From positions 74,216,001 to 74,280,000 of the forward strand of contig NC_045697.1 in NCBI RefSeq assembly GCF_009834535.1: a DNA stretch of 64,000 nt. The letters run 5' to 3'. This document shows, piece after piece, positions 12,496-25,928 of this stretch; positions within the stretch are counted from its first letter, which is position 1; each line of letters begins with the position of its first letter. The position numbers and the translations under genes are program-made. Below the pieces are notes generated by a model. It worked only from the letters and a program-made list of their open reading frames with translations. It was not told the origin of the DNA and ran no database searches. Source of the stretch: Camelus ferus (taxonomy: Eukaryota).

Positions 12496-13467
12496 TCTAA
12501 ACTCCTGAAACATTACATCAAGAAACAAAATTTACAAAACAAAAATTGTATTAATTTAAGCTATAAATATCTGTCATTCATGCTTCAGTGTAGAGCATGA
12601 GGAGAGACAGAATTCCAGAAGTGAGGTGGAAGAATGAGGCATCACACAGAAGACCTACAGACGAAGGCTGTATAACACCTCAGCCAAGCTGAGAAGTTAG
12701 TTTCTGACATACCAAACAAGCACTCAGTTGTCTCACTTTATAAGCCTTTCCTTCCAAAAGGAAAAAAATATCTGTGGGATAAACAGATGTGAGTAGGTTT
12801 GTTCAAGATCATTTGAATTTGAAGAGGTGCCTGACAGAGGGGGCCTAGTGGTCCTTTCACACACCGGCGCCTTCCTGGCTTCCATGACGGTGGGTGAGCT
12901 TGGAGAGCTGGGGGTTGCGGTCTCACTGTAAAGCCTGAGCCCCTGGCCTATACCTGGGGCTAGAGATTCACATGGCTGGGTGATAGGAGAGAAACTTCAT
13001 ATGCTACAAGTTCTGTTTAGATTTCTTTTCCTAGAGCTTAGGTTTTTGTCACCAAAGACCGAGAGAGAGAGACAAGTGAACGATTCGTCTAATATGTTAG
13101 CATGCACAGGCTCCTACACACAGAACACTTAAACAGTAATTGAAGTACCTGCTAAAATTGCACTAGCATTGGCGGCAGGCCTGCTGTGTGGGAGTTAGCA
13201 GGCGTGTGCGCCCCCTCCAGCCCATTCTATACATCAAGACTCCAAAGGAGGAAAAGCAATCACAGTGTGTGCTTGGAGGAACATCAAAGCCGCGTTTGCC
13301 ATGAGTTATTTCCTTTCCCGTTTCTCTCATTCGGGTCAGGAGGCACACATGCTGCTACATGAAAGGCTAAAGGGCTATGTCAAGTGCTCTGTGACTGCTG
13401 GACTCCTTTGTAGCTACGACCAAGAATGTTGCAGCCAAGAGCAGTGCACTTATGAGATGTGGGTTTT

Positions 13468-13675
13468 ATTTTATTTTATTTTTATTGAAGTATAGTTGTT
13501 TTACAATGCTGTGTCCATTTCTGATGTGCAGCATAATGTTTCAGTATACATATACATACATACATTCCTTTTCATATTCTTTTTTATTATAGGTTATTAC
13601 AATATATTGAATATAGTTCCCTGTGCCCTACAGTAGAAACTAGTTTATCTATTTTATATATAGTAGTATTTGCAA
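13468..13675 (-). mobile_element. Short LINE-1 3'-end insertion with 14-bp target-site duplication
   Basis: Similar to the reverse complement of 26220-26420; gagatgtgggtttt at 13454-13467 and 13676-13689. Confidence 0.88.
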
Positions 13676-15146
13676 GAGATGTGGGTTTTGAAATGGCTTC
13701 GAAAAAAATCTCTTGCACATGGAAGCTGAAAGTTGTCTTTGTTTTTTATAATCTACATTTGAAAAAATACAGAGACAAAGATATTTCTAACTTCTTAAAA
13801 TTTGTACTTTGAATTATAATCTTATGCATTTAAAGACAGTATTAAAGTGACAAGAATAATTGAATCTCCCACCATAGAGTTCCCACCAAAAGCATCTGAT
13901 ACGAGTTCCATTTTCTAAAGCAAGAAAAATATACCTATTCTAATTTAACTATGTCCAGAAATGTACTGTTTTATCTTCTTTTTTAAAATACTTTTCTATA
14001 TGTGCTTTCTGTCTGATTAGCTGTTCTTACCTGCAGATCTCAGGGTTTCAATCAATTTCAAAACATTGTAAGTTATTTTCTCTTCTCTTAAGTCACGTAT
14101 TTTTTAAATTATTGAAGAAACTACTGCAAAACACAGAAAATCAAAATGAGGACAGAAAAGACAATTGGTAGCCACATTCCAGACTGAACTGTTTTAACGT
14201 TGCATGAGTCCCACACTTCCCTGCAATTTTTCCTCTACACAGACACACTGACTAAAATAACACTGCTATATATTTCCTGTATGTCAACTTGCTACCTCAT
14301 TCATCAATGCATCATGGACATCTTTCTATGTCAGTAAATATAAATCTACATTGCTTTATGACTGCATAATATTCTACCTGATGTGTATACCATAGTTTAG
14401 TTTACCAAACCCTTACAGAGACTTGAATTGTGTCTGTCTTGCAAAAGTTGACTTATGTGTTCATCCTTATGCATAATCTTTGTATAGTTTGATCATTTTC
14501 TTAGAATGAATTTCTAAAAAGTGGGATTGCTAGATCAGAGGGATTTTGCCAAAAATTTGAACTAATTTAGAGTCCCACTACCATATATGAGTTGTCCATT
14601 TATCTATTACTTGCCAGCACTAGATAAAATTAATATTTGTGGTAATGTAATAGGCCAAAAATAGAATTATACTGTTTTAATTTTTATTAAAAATGATCTT
14701 GAGCATTTTCATGTATGTTCAATCATTAGTATTTCACCTCTAATGATTTATCTTTTTTATTGGTTGTTCACTTTTATTGAGGTGTTTATTTTTTTCTAAT
14801 AGATTGATAAGGACTCTTTGAATTAGCAAGTGTATTATCCTTTTTTTCTGTCTTATGTGCTGTAAATAATCTTTCCAGCTTATCTTTTGACTTTTAACAT
14901 AGTATACAGTGGCTTCTGTTTTTGTTTTTACCTGTACAGTTTTACAGAGCTAAATTTTAAAATAGAGTTATCACTTTTTTTCTCCTGTACCGTTTGGATT
15001 TTGTGTCTCACTTAGAAACTCCAAGCTTTTTTTTTTTTAACTGACACTAAATAGTTCATTTTTTCCCATTGTGTCTGAATGTCATATTAACCATGTACTT
15101 AATTTGCACACATATTTTTATTTATTTTTTTTTAATTTTTTTCTTT

Positions 15147-15273
15147 TGGGGGGGAGGTGATTAGGTTTATTATTTATTTATTCATTATTTATTTTTAATG
15201 GAGGTACTGGGGATTGAACCCAGGACTTTGTGCATGCTAAGCAGGCACTCTACCACTGAGCTATACCTGCCCT
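15147..15273 (-). mobile_element. tRNA-Ala-derived SINE (Vic-1-like)
   Basis: Pol III A and B boxes, A-rich segment and AAACCTAATCACCTCCCCC tail on the minus strand. Confidence 0.9.
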
Positions 15274-15715
15274 TGTGTTTATTTCCTGATTTTCTATTTT
15301 GTTTTCTCATTTGTCCCTATATGTAGGGACCCATACCAAACTGCTTTCATTTCATTAGCTTTATATTTTAATATCAAGTATAACTAATCTCAGCCCAGTA
15401 CTCTTCCCTTTCAGGATTTTCTTGAATATTCTTGCATGTTCCCTTCTTTAAAAACTTTCTCTTTTGTTAAAATTAAATCTACCCATGGTTTAAAAAGCTA
15501 AACAGTTCTACAGGATTTAAGATAGTGGTCCCCTCTTCTACTGTCCCTCAATGGTCCTCACCAGAACACAAGCATTTTCACAACTTTTAGTTGACTATTT
15601 TGGCATTTATCTTCATGACTCTAAAAACATGTTTGGTTTTCCCTTTTTAGATATTATGTACTGACTTTCCTCTATGGAAGACAATAATTTATCTCTCTTC
15701 CCTACCCGATCTCCA

Positions 15716-15716
<1 letters not shown>

Positions 15717-15753
<37 letters not shown>
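15717..15753. repeat. (CA)n microsatellite
   Basis: Direct reading. Confidence 0.95.
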
Positions 15754-15757
<4 letters not shown>

Positions 15758-18700
15758 CCCTCCTCTCCATTCTCCCCATGTAGTTACACTGTAATTTAGA
15801 CTAGAGCAATAATCAGTATTTGAATGATTATACCCGAGTAAATTTCTTTTCAGAGCTAAACCTTGGAATAAACTGATTACTTGTTTTTCTGGGAGTTAAC
15901 TATTGTCTTTTTTTTCCTCTTAGTTTTCTTTGTGCTAAGCATTAATGCTGAACTCACAGTCATCTTCAAGACAACCAGATGAATTTTGTATGCTATCAAT
16001 TTCATCTCCCCCAAAAAAGCCTCTCCCAGAGCCTTCTGATCATTTGTGTTTGGACTGGTGACAGTGGGCATAACTGTCTTTTAGGAACTCCCCTCCCAAC
16101 ATCTGAAGTTTCTCTTTATGTCTTTCCTATTTTTAGTAGAGAGCATCCTTCAGTAATTTCCTCTATTTAGCAAAGAATGCATGGAAAGTAAAATTTTAAG
16201 AACTTTTATATCCAAAATATATTTTACCCTCACACTTGATTTATATACTGTTTGATTTGGTATAGAATTGTAAATTGAAAATCATTCATCTTCAGAATAT
16301 AAAGATAATTCCTTGTCATTTCTAGCTTTCAGTTTTGCTACAAGAAATTGAAAGGTTTTTCTGATTCCTAATCATTTATTTGTTCCTGTTTAGTTTATAT
16401 GTTTCTCTAAAGAACTGTAGGCTTTTCTCTTTGTCCCCAGTAACCTGAAACTTCATGAATTCCAAGGGTGTGAGTTTATTTCATCCATTGTGCTGTGTAC
16501 TGAGAGAGTTGTTTCAACCTGCTAACTCATCTTCTTTTCTTGAATTATGTCATTGAACATTTCCTCCCTGTATGTACTCTGTTCTCTCTGGGACTCTTAC
16601 TTTGATATTGAACTTCCTACACCAGTCCTCTAATTTTCTCATATTTTTCTTCCTTTTTAAAAAATCCCTTTGTTTTGCTCTTCTCTCTGGAAATTCCTAA
16701 GCATTTTCTCCATCACTTGTGAGTTTTTATTTCTAGTTTTAATTTCCAAGAGCTCTTTCTTAGTCCATTAAATTATCTCCCTTATTTGTATCCCTAAAAA
16801 TTATGCTGTTTCCTAAACAGGTTTTCAACTCGTCCTTATTCTAATCCCCATATTCCTCTCTCTTCACTTCCATAAGTTCTTAAGAACTCTAGTTAATGAA
16901 CTTTTCTAGGAGTGATTAAATTATTGCTTCTCCATATTACTGGCTCTTTCTGGTGTGCTATATAAATTACCATTCATTCATCCCCTCTAAATCATTTAAA
17001 ATTTGTTGGTAGTTCTGTATTTATTTTCAAAGCTATTTTTAAATTGTGACAAATTTTATTTATTATTTATGTAGCAATATACAGTTTTCTCTGAAATTGA
17101 CTTCAGGTGTTTCAAAAGGAGAATAAATTGAAAAAATTTCAATTAGTATATTAGTATAGATAGTTTGTAGCTTCTCAAAAAAATATATATATATTGAATT
17201 TAGGATACTTGTGTCCATAAAATAGAGGAAATTCAAAGTAATATGATCAATAGTTTCATTAGTTTTTCTTTCTCTCATTTTCTCCCTCTACTTAAGAAAC
17301 ATAGATGTACCTCAGCCTTAAATATCTGTTTCTTCTCCTGTTTTCATCATAGTTTTTGTATTGTTTCAATATCATTTTTTAATTTTCATTGTGCAATTGT
17401 TTCCTTGTATTTGATGTAAAACTCTGTAGCAAAACTAGATGCTGCTAAAACAAAGCCAGCTGTGTTTACTTGAATTTGTAACATCCCAGTAATAATTTGT
17501 GATGAGATTAGTGTAACTACTTTTGGTACTAAATACTTCCCAAAGTATTCATGATAAGACAGAGGAAACAAAATTGCAAATTAATAACTACCTTAGTGTT
17601 CAGCATAACATATTGGTTACTTTCTGTGGGGGAGGCATGTGATAACTGGCTGCTTGGCTGAGCAGGGTTATATCCCACAGAAGGCTCCTCTGCCTTGCAC
17701 AATCGTCAGAACTCAGTTTTACTGGGAGAGATCAGATGAGGGGAGCTTTGTGGCACTGAATGCCTGGAGTGGCCTTATCTGGTAACACAGCCTCTATCTT
17801 TCCTACTATATTGTTTGTCTTTGTGATGCAGATGCCAGAACATCGTTGTTCATGACTTGGGCAACTGTCCAAAGTCCAGATGAAGACAAAGGTGTCTGGG
17901 AGATTTCTCATTTTTGAGAAAGCTTTTTTAATATTTGCATTTGTGATGCCTTTAAGAGAAACAGTCATCATTTATAATTGTTATTATTATCATTTAAAAT
18001 CTAAAAGGGAGAGAACAGAACTTTGATGCCAAACAGTGATACAAAAAGAAGTAATGATAGTATTTGGACACAACTCAAGGGCCTAGGGTGGTTTTTTGAC
18101 AAATCTTGATAAGCAAGAAAGGAGAGCATCTCAAAGATACAAGTATATTCTTTAATCTGAGGGTTTATTTTTTTGTAATAAAAAATAAAAAATATGTATA
18201 TAATAATAGGCCACACTGATAAAATATCTCATTAAAACTGAATTTTGTTTAATTGAATTGTTTGATTATATTAACATTTTGATAATATTTTTCAGTGATT
18301 CTTAGACGATTAAAAAAACTAATATTTGGTGATAGTCAAAAGAAAATTCAGAAGAAATTCTGATCATATTCATATGAGTAATATGATTTCTTCTAGTCAA
18401 GTTAATACTTTTCATATTCCTAACTTGTTTTTTTAAGGGAATTTTTTCTACTTAAATGTCTAAACTATTGTATTGTTGAAGAATTTCTGTTTAAGATATA
18501 TAAGGATGTGGTCCTTCATATTCAAAGGTTCTGCTATTGATACACCATCAGTTAGAAAACATGGTTTTAGTCATTATTTTTTAGTATTCATAATAGATTT
18601 ACATTTTTTCCCCATCCACTTGACCCAGTCTCTCGGAAACCAGTGACATCTCTCTCTCCCTCTCTCCCTCGTTTCTTCCTTGTCACCCTGTCTCCTTACC

Positions 18701-20346
18701 TCCCTTCCTCCTCTCCTTAGCAGATTTGGTGCAGATGGGTAGGAAATACAAGATAAATCGTATTAAAGCAACTCTTTACTCCCTTGTAAACCTTTAATAT
18801 TTATTTTGGCTTTCCATTTAAAAATGTTGCCTTTTGGTTTGCTTCAGTCTTTGTCTATACTATTATGGTATTATCATTTTCTCAGCATGTAAATAAAATT
18901 CCTCATTTATTCAGGACCATTGTACATTTTTTGTTGAAAAAAAATTCAATGTAAAATAACAGCACATTACAGAAAATCTGAGAAGACTATCACTTCAATC
19001 TGCAAGTATTCATTGAGAGAATATGTGTCATGCCAGAGATATACTGGTGACAGAGAAATTGAACATAAACTGGTAAACAGAGATACAAGATGATTTCAGA
19101 TAGTGATATGTGCTATAATGAAAATTAAATGGGCACATGTGACAGAGTGGTGTGTGTGTATGTGTTTGCACATGTGTGCTTACACGTGATAGTCACAGTT
19201 CCTTAGTTTCTCAGTTATCAAATGAAGAGTTCAAATAGATGGTCTCTAGAATGCCTTCAGATCTTTTCCAAGAAAGCAACTTCTCTAATTTTGTTCAACG
19301 GTTTTAGATCCATTTCACTATTACAATTATGTGATCTGTTTTCTACCCATATTAGTACTTACAAAATAATAATTGAAGAATGAAAAATCCACCTATTGGG
19401 ATTTGAAAAGTGTCTGTATTTTCTATCTTCTAAATAAAAACCTAAAGGAAAACACATGAGTGTATCTGTCCACTCGAAGGGACTCAAAGCGCAATTTTCA
19501 TCCATGTTCCATGTACCGTATCTCTTTATTTGCCTCTTTGCATAAAGAGGCTTTTAGAAACCACTGTTTTCTGGCTAAAAAAAAAAAAAATGAGTACAGT
19601 GGTTTGGACAATGGCATGACTAAGCTTTTAGCTTTTTCATTTACTGTGAGCTGCTTGGCAAGTTGCAATGGATCTAGTGCCATCTCAGAATCTCCTAAAA
19701 GAAGAATCAGGAGTGAGCGTTCACTTTTGAAGATCTGTTGGCTGAGAATTATTCCACATGGAAAGTCACAGAAAGTCATCGTGTGATAGCAATGATTAGT
19801 GATAGTGATGGTATTAATAATATTTAGAGAACTATTGCGTGTATTATAAACCTCTTTTGGAAACCATGGTAGAACCTCTGAAGCATTATAAATTCAAATT
19901 TTCAATTTGGTAGAAGAAAGAGGACAAATCATCTGTTTATATTTTTAAATAATGACTTTATTTTCCTCACTTAATAGTCACAAAAATGCCATCAAGAAAA
20001 TGTATTTTTCTTGGTTGGCAGTCTGAAATTATTTCTCACTCTTATTATAAAGGCTGCTATTTTTAAAAATCTAAGTGGAACATGGATGGAAATCTTCACC
20101 CTTTCAGGTGGAGAAATACACTTTGTGTTCTTTTAAATTTCCTTCAGTAGTAGGACCTTTCAGCCTTGCTTCTTTCTGTCATCCATTGCTCTCACTTTTC
20201 GTTTAGAAATTGAACATAGCCAAATGGAAGGGGGTAGAGGTGAAAAACAGTTTTAGGATTAATCAATCATAAAAATAACCACAAAAATAAAAAGGAGTTA
20301 ATAAGACAAATGTGTGTACAACTGATATCATATCTCTCTATCGCAG

Positions 20347-20546
20347 AGGCAAGCCAAACTTACTGGACGTGGGCTCTTTAATGATCAAACCAATTCAGCG
20401 TGTGATGAAGTACCCCCTATTACTGTGCGAACTCCGGAACTCCACCCCTCCCTCCCACCCAGACTTCAGAGCACTGGAGGATGCCTTTGCTGCAGTGAAA
20501 GACATTAACGTAAACATTAATGAACTTAAAAGACGGAAAGATCTAG
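20347..20546 (+). CDS. ARHGEF38: ARHGEF38 coding exon, DH C-terminal part: GKPNLLDVGSLMIKPIQRVMKYPLLL...NINELKRRKDL
   Basis: gcag|A acceptor and G|gtaag donor; 200 nt, phase 2 to 1; contains the DH motif IKPIQRVMKYPLLL. Confidence 0.97.
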
Positions 20547-21489
20547 GTAAGACGAGATGTGGTGAATCGGGTGTTTTCCATGGTTGGAGGATTCTGTTTA
20601 TGTTTCTGAGCACTGGAATGTCTCAGGAGCTACAGCAGTTGTCGTGCTCATGAGCATTTGATACCTAGAGTTGGAGGCTAGGGAGGAGAGGGTGGTTTTG
20701 CCTTGCCAGCCAGGATCTGGAGAAGATCACGAGGCATCAAAAAAAAAAAAATGACCAATTTTTATCAAACAGCCCTACGCTCAACCTCTTGTGACCACTG
20801 TGTGCTTAGTGACATATTGTGGGCTGAAGAAACCCACAGCACCTGTCACTGGTGTTTTGTCTAGTAGGAAGGAGGCCTGGCCTGGCCAGGGAGCTGAGAG
20901 CAGTGAAAAGCTAGAGCTGAAAAGCGGTGGTGAGAAGGGCAGAGCCAGGTGAGGGGCCCAGCTAACACATCAGGCTCCTTTGGTTCTGGAACACAAAGAA
21001 TAGGTATTTGGGGGCAATAATTACTCCAGTGAAGGGACCAAGTATATTTCTTTCTCAAATCAACAAATTACTCATAAGTATTTGTAAGCTAAGACATAAA
21101 ATTCACCTCTAAAGTAGAATATAGATTTCAAAACAGGAGGCAGAATGAGATGGTTCCTACCATCCCAGGTGTAATGAATTGGGATAGATCGTGGGTCCTC
21201 TCTCAGTGTGATTGGTGTCCATATATTCTTTTTTTTTAATTTAGTGAAACCAAATATTTAATATATTTCAAATATAGAAATTTTAAAATGTTACATCACA
21301 AAAAAGAAAATTTATAAAAATACAAACATTAAATACAATTGTTGCACATTCTTAATTGGCTTTGTACTTCTAATGTTAAATCTCAGTTCAACATTAAAGC
21401 AATGGTAGGACTGTGGGGCTAATTGGTCCAACTCCTTCATTTATTTTTATTGTTTTTAATTTTCTAAATTTTTATTTAAAATAGTATGT

Positions 21490-22480
21490 ATTTGTATTAA
21501 TAAATTATAACTATAAAGAAGAGAACAGAGCAAAAAGTGAAAGTTGTAGAGTAAAAGATACCATAAACAAAATGAAAAGGTACCCCACAAAGGATTATCA
21601 TCTAGAATATATGATTATTCATATTAAATCAACAATATAAACATTCTAATATGAAAAAGGTTAATAATAAAATGAGCAATTCACAGAAAGGCCAAGAAGT
21701 TTTTAAATGCTAAACTTCACTGATAATTAGGGAAATGCAAATTTAAATCATGACATAGTGTTCCCAACCTACCAGATTGGCAGTAAGATTTTTAATGGAT
21801 AATGTTAAGTGCTGAATCTCAATTTGCAGGTGAGAATGTAAATTTGAATTATCACTTTGGAGAACAGTGTGACAATACCTAGTAAAATTAAAGATACACA
21901 CACATAAGACACAGAAAATCAGTTTCTGGATATTTAGGAAACTGGCTCATAAGCTCATAGAAAGGTACACTAGGAACTAGCATTGTTTGTAATAGCAAAA
22001 GAAAAAAAGGGAAAAAAAGAGAAAGAAACAAGCAAACAAAGAAAATGCAGACTGACTGACATATTGATCCAGATAACGGATAAACTATAGTTATACACTA
22101 TGAAACCAGATGAACATAAAACTAATGAAAGTACATGTATCAACTGGATAAATCTCAAAAACACAATGTTGAGTTTTTAAAAAAGTATATTAGAAAGTGG
22201 CAGAAAATGTATGAAATATGGTACCATTTTTATAAAGACTGAAAACATTTGAAATGATACCACATATTGTATGACAACATACGTACAGAGTAAAGGCCTG
22301 AAAATAGATACAGGAATAATAAACCACATCATTTAGGATCACAGTTCCCTTTAGGGATCAAAGTTGGGGATCAGAGAAGCTTCAACTGTTATGTGATATT
22401 TTTTAAAACAGAAAGATTAGAAACAAGGCAAAATAAGATTTGACAAAGCTGGGAGATAGATAATAGCTGTTATATTATTT
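21490..22480 (+). mobile_element. Old LINE-1 (L1M-type) 3' fragment
   Basis: gggaaatgcaaatttaaa, cactttggagaacagtgtgacaatacctagtaaa, ggataaatctcaaaaacacaatgttgag; boundaries approximate. Confidence 0.65.
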
Positions 22481-22488
22481 TAACTTTC

Positions 22489-22534
22489 CTGTTTGCTTAA
22501 ACTTCAAATTTCTGTTTGCTTAAACTTTAAATTT
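22489..22534. repeat. 23-bp tandem duplication, one mismatch
   Basis: ctgtttgcttaaactt(c/t)aaattt x2. Confidence 0.9.
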
Positions 22535-23575
22535 CAAAGTTTTAAAGAACAAAATTTTTCTATTCCCATGATTCCAATTTGCAGAGGTAACATTTTAGTA
22601 AGTTTTCTTTGGAATTTCTGTCTCTTTTTATTTCCTTTCTTCTCTTTTCCTTCTCCCCTTCCTTCTGCCCCATGGATGGTACTACAGTTTGCTGGGGCTT
22701 TTTAAAAATTTAATCATATATCAGGAACATTTTTCAAGTTAATATCACCTTCTTTTTCATGATTCCATAGTATTCCATTCATGAGCATCATAATTTATTA
22801 CACTATACCTCTATGGATAAACTTTTAGATTGTTTCCAACACTTGGCTGTTAGAAAAAATGTTACAGCAAACAAAACCCTGAATGCTTGATTATGGAAAG
22901 CAGATTTCTACACATGGACCACCTGGACATAGACTGACTATAAATATTTTCATTTTTATAAGATTCTGCCAAATTGTCCCCTACAAAAACTCTATTGGTT
23001 TAATCCTTGTTAACAGTGTATAAGAATGTCCCTCCCTCCACACTCTTACCAAAACCGAATGTTAGGAATATTTAACATTTTGAATTATATGAGAGGTGAA
23101 AATATTTTTAAAGTTAAAAAAGTAAAGCTCAGAGAGGTGACTGAACTCACCCCAAATCTCTCAGCCAGCGAAGACCACCGTAGGATGGATGTGAAGTCTC
23201 CTTATGTCAGATGCAGTTGTTTTTTCATGAGTTAGGTCTCGATGTGTCATTCTAGGGACCCCAGATAGCATGTGTATCATCTGAGAGAGAGAGAAGGGGC
23301 TTTTTTCCAACATCAGGGATTTCCTTAATGTGGGAGGTTAATGAATCTCGGCCTTTGAGGAGCTCATGCCCTTTGACAGCGGAGTTTCTGAAGGTCAGAG
23401 GGGTGGGAGGCTGGAGCCATGACTGCATGGGGTTGGTGCATATGCATCTGCAACAAAGGGCCAAAAATACAGATTTTTAACTCAAATGTAAATATGAATC
23501 TTGAGTACTTTATATGAAACACACATTTTCTACAATGCACCTCTTCAAAGATGTTATTGCATTCTTCCATTTCAG

Positions 23576-23710
23576 TTCTAAAATACAAGAAGAATGATGA
23601 GGATGAATCACTTAAAGATAAATTGTCAAAACTAAATATTCATTCAATTAGCAAGAAATCAAAAAGAGTGACAAACCAGTCTGAAGATTCTGACCAGAGG
23701 AGAATCACAG
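23576..23710 (+). CDS. ARHGEF38: ARHGEF38 coding exon VLKYKKNDEDESLKDKLSKLNIHSISKKSKRVTN, then +1 frameshift, then LKILTRGESQ
   Basis: ttcag|TT acceptor and CAG|gtaatt donor; 135 nt where flanking phases (1 to 0) require 3n+2 nt (134); extra base at about 23679-23680. Confidence 0.93.
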
Positions 23711-24834
23711 GTAATTTTTCTTCTTGGGCCACACACATACTCCTGGGGAACATGAATGCTGATATTTTTGTGAGGTTTTGTTTTGTTGTTATCAGAGCTG
23801 TTTCTAGTACACATTGAGAATCAAGGTGATTGCCCAGTGCTGTTCCCTTCTGTCTCTGGTCTCTCTCTCCCCCTTTGGGGGGATATGGAGTGGGGGTGTT
23901 TTTGACACTTTCTTATCTGTGGTGCTTCTGTTCAGGAAGAGGACAAAGGAGAGACAAAGACATAAGGACAGAGCTCAACAAAGGATGCCCCAGGGGTCCT
24001 GACACTCACCATCAACTAGCATATCTCACCCAAGGCAATGCTTTCCTTTCATCCTTGTCTTGCTTCTGCCTTAAAAAAAAAAAACCTAAACTCATTTCCT
24101 TTAACTCTCTTGATGTTCATCCTATATTTATTTCACCTATAAAAATAGTGTTTAGGCGCATACCTTAGTGTGACTTTTCCTATCTGTTCTCCCTTTCCTC
24201 CCCCAGATGTACGTTATATTACTGGGTAACTGTTCTGTGCCAGCTGCTTAGCCTGGCTTGAACCACTTTCATCTCAACCCCTAATAAATAATGAGTGGAT
24301 CAGCAAAGGCCCTCCGACTTTCATGTGCCTAAGAATTACCTGAGGAGCTTGCTACAAGATTCCAGAGTTCCATCTGGAATTCTGTATTTTCACAGACTCT
24401 GGGTGTTTTTAAGCTAATTGACCTGGAAGTAAGTGATCAATGGAACACACTTCGAGAATCACAAGATAGAAAGTTCATGGCCCAGAAGGAGTAATACACT
24501 GGGCTGCTAACCAAAAGTAGGCAGACCAGTTCTTAAGATACTAGGTAGTGCTTTCCCCCTCTTCTCAGCTGCCTGATTTCATCCTTTATCATGGGGCATC
24601 TCTAACAAAGTTTTCATTTGAACAAGTGGCAACTGGTTCAGCATTGATTTTAGATGGCTTTTCTGATCTGCCACAGTCTTTGGTTGCTTTTTTCTTTTCA
24701 GTAAGTCTTTGCAGCTTTCAGACCACTAAGCTAGGAGTCATCTATTCCTCTCCTGAATGGCTAACACACTTACTAAATGCATCTTCATCTTGGCACCATT
24801 AATATTTGTAAGAGTCAGCACAGAAATTAAAAGC

Positions 24835-25040
24835 AAAGTCTTTGAAGTCATTCAGAGCTGGCTTTGAACCTCACTTCTGCCACTTAATGTTTGTCTTTGG
24901 GCACATGAATTCAATGCAATCATCTGTAAATTGAGGACTATAGTAGGAACTAACACATAAAGTGGTTCTGAGGATTCAAAGAGATGATGCATATAAAGTA
25001 CTTAACATAATGTGTAAGCACTCAGTATACTGACTATCAT
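24835..25040 (+). mobile_element. MIR SINE
   Basis: tctgccactta..ctttgggca..catctgtaaattgagg..tgaggattcaaagagatgatgcatataaagtactta. Confidence 0.7.
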
Positions 25041-25179
25041 CATCATCATTTTATATTGAACATAAAATATTATTATTTACCTTTTAATGTGCAGGCTTCT
25101 TACTTTCCAAGTGAATAAAAACTAATTTATGCATGATGTGTTAATCGTATCTTTTACTTTCTGTACTTTTTGATGTTTT

Positions 25180-25715
25180 GACACCTAAAAAAGCTTGCTG
25201 GCCAGTGAAAGACAACCCTCACAGGGCAAACTCATTCTTAGAGAGCGCCAAGGACTCAGCTGGGATCACTTCTTTCATTTGCAAAACAACCAATCCTGAG
25301 TCTAAAGCCCCAATGACCTCCTTATCTAACTCTCACACATGAAGCCAATATTCCTCTGCCCTCAGTCATCCCAAGGCCAAGTACCAGGCAACTAGAGACC
25401 ACCTCTATAGTCCAAAGCCTGCTGGAATTACTCAAACTAGCTAGTCCTCAACTTTTTACCCTGCCCCAGCTGTTTCTATGGGGTTTTCCCCCCAGCTTCC
25501 CATAGAAACTCCACATAAAGGTTTTGGCCTTGACTTTCCCCTTGCTCCTTTCTGCCAAATGACCCAAACTTAGTGATCCCCCTGTGGCCCTGCATGACAT
25601 GCAGTGACCCTCCAAATCCCCCACCCCTCCAAGACCTGTGAGTATAGTCAGCTTCTTCCAAACCTCATTCTCTCTTCCTCTTGCGGCTGGACTGACTCTA
25701 CCATACCCAGTATGG
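25180..25715 (+). mobile_element. Possible ERV solo LTR, degenerate
   Basis: C-rich block with two CCAAT boxes, a TATA-like ctatag and LTR-like composition; family not identified. Confidence 0.35.
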
Positions 25716-25928
25716 ACATTCTTAGAACACATGGCTTGTGTCATTCTCATACTTACTTCTTTATATTCTTCTAGGGGTTCACAGGGTCCAATGTATAGAG
25801 GAGGTAACTCTAGGTCCCTGTTCTCAATGTAGTACTACAATGTGGGAAGTTTGGGACACATAGGATGTGTGGTCATAAATCAGGAAAAGGAAAATCCAGA
25901 CATTTCAACTAAAGACAGCCATAATAAA

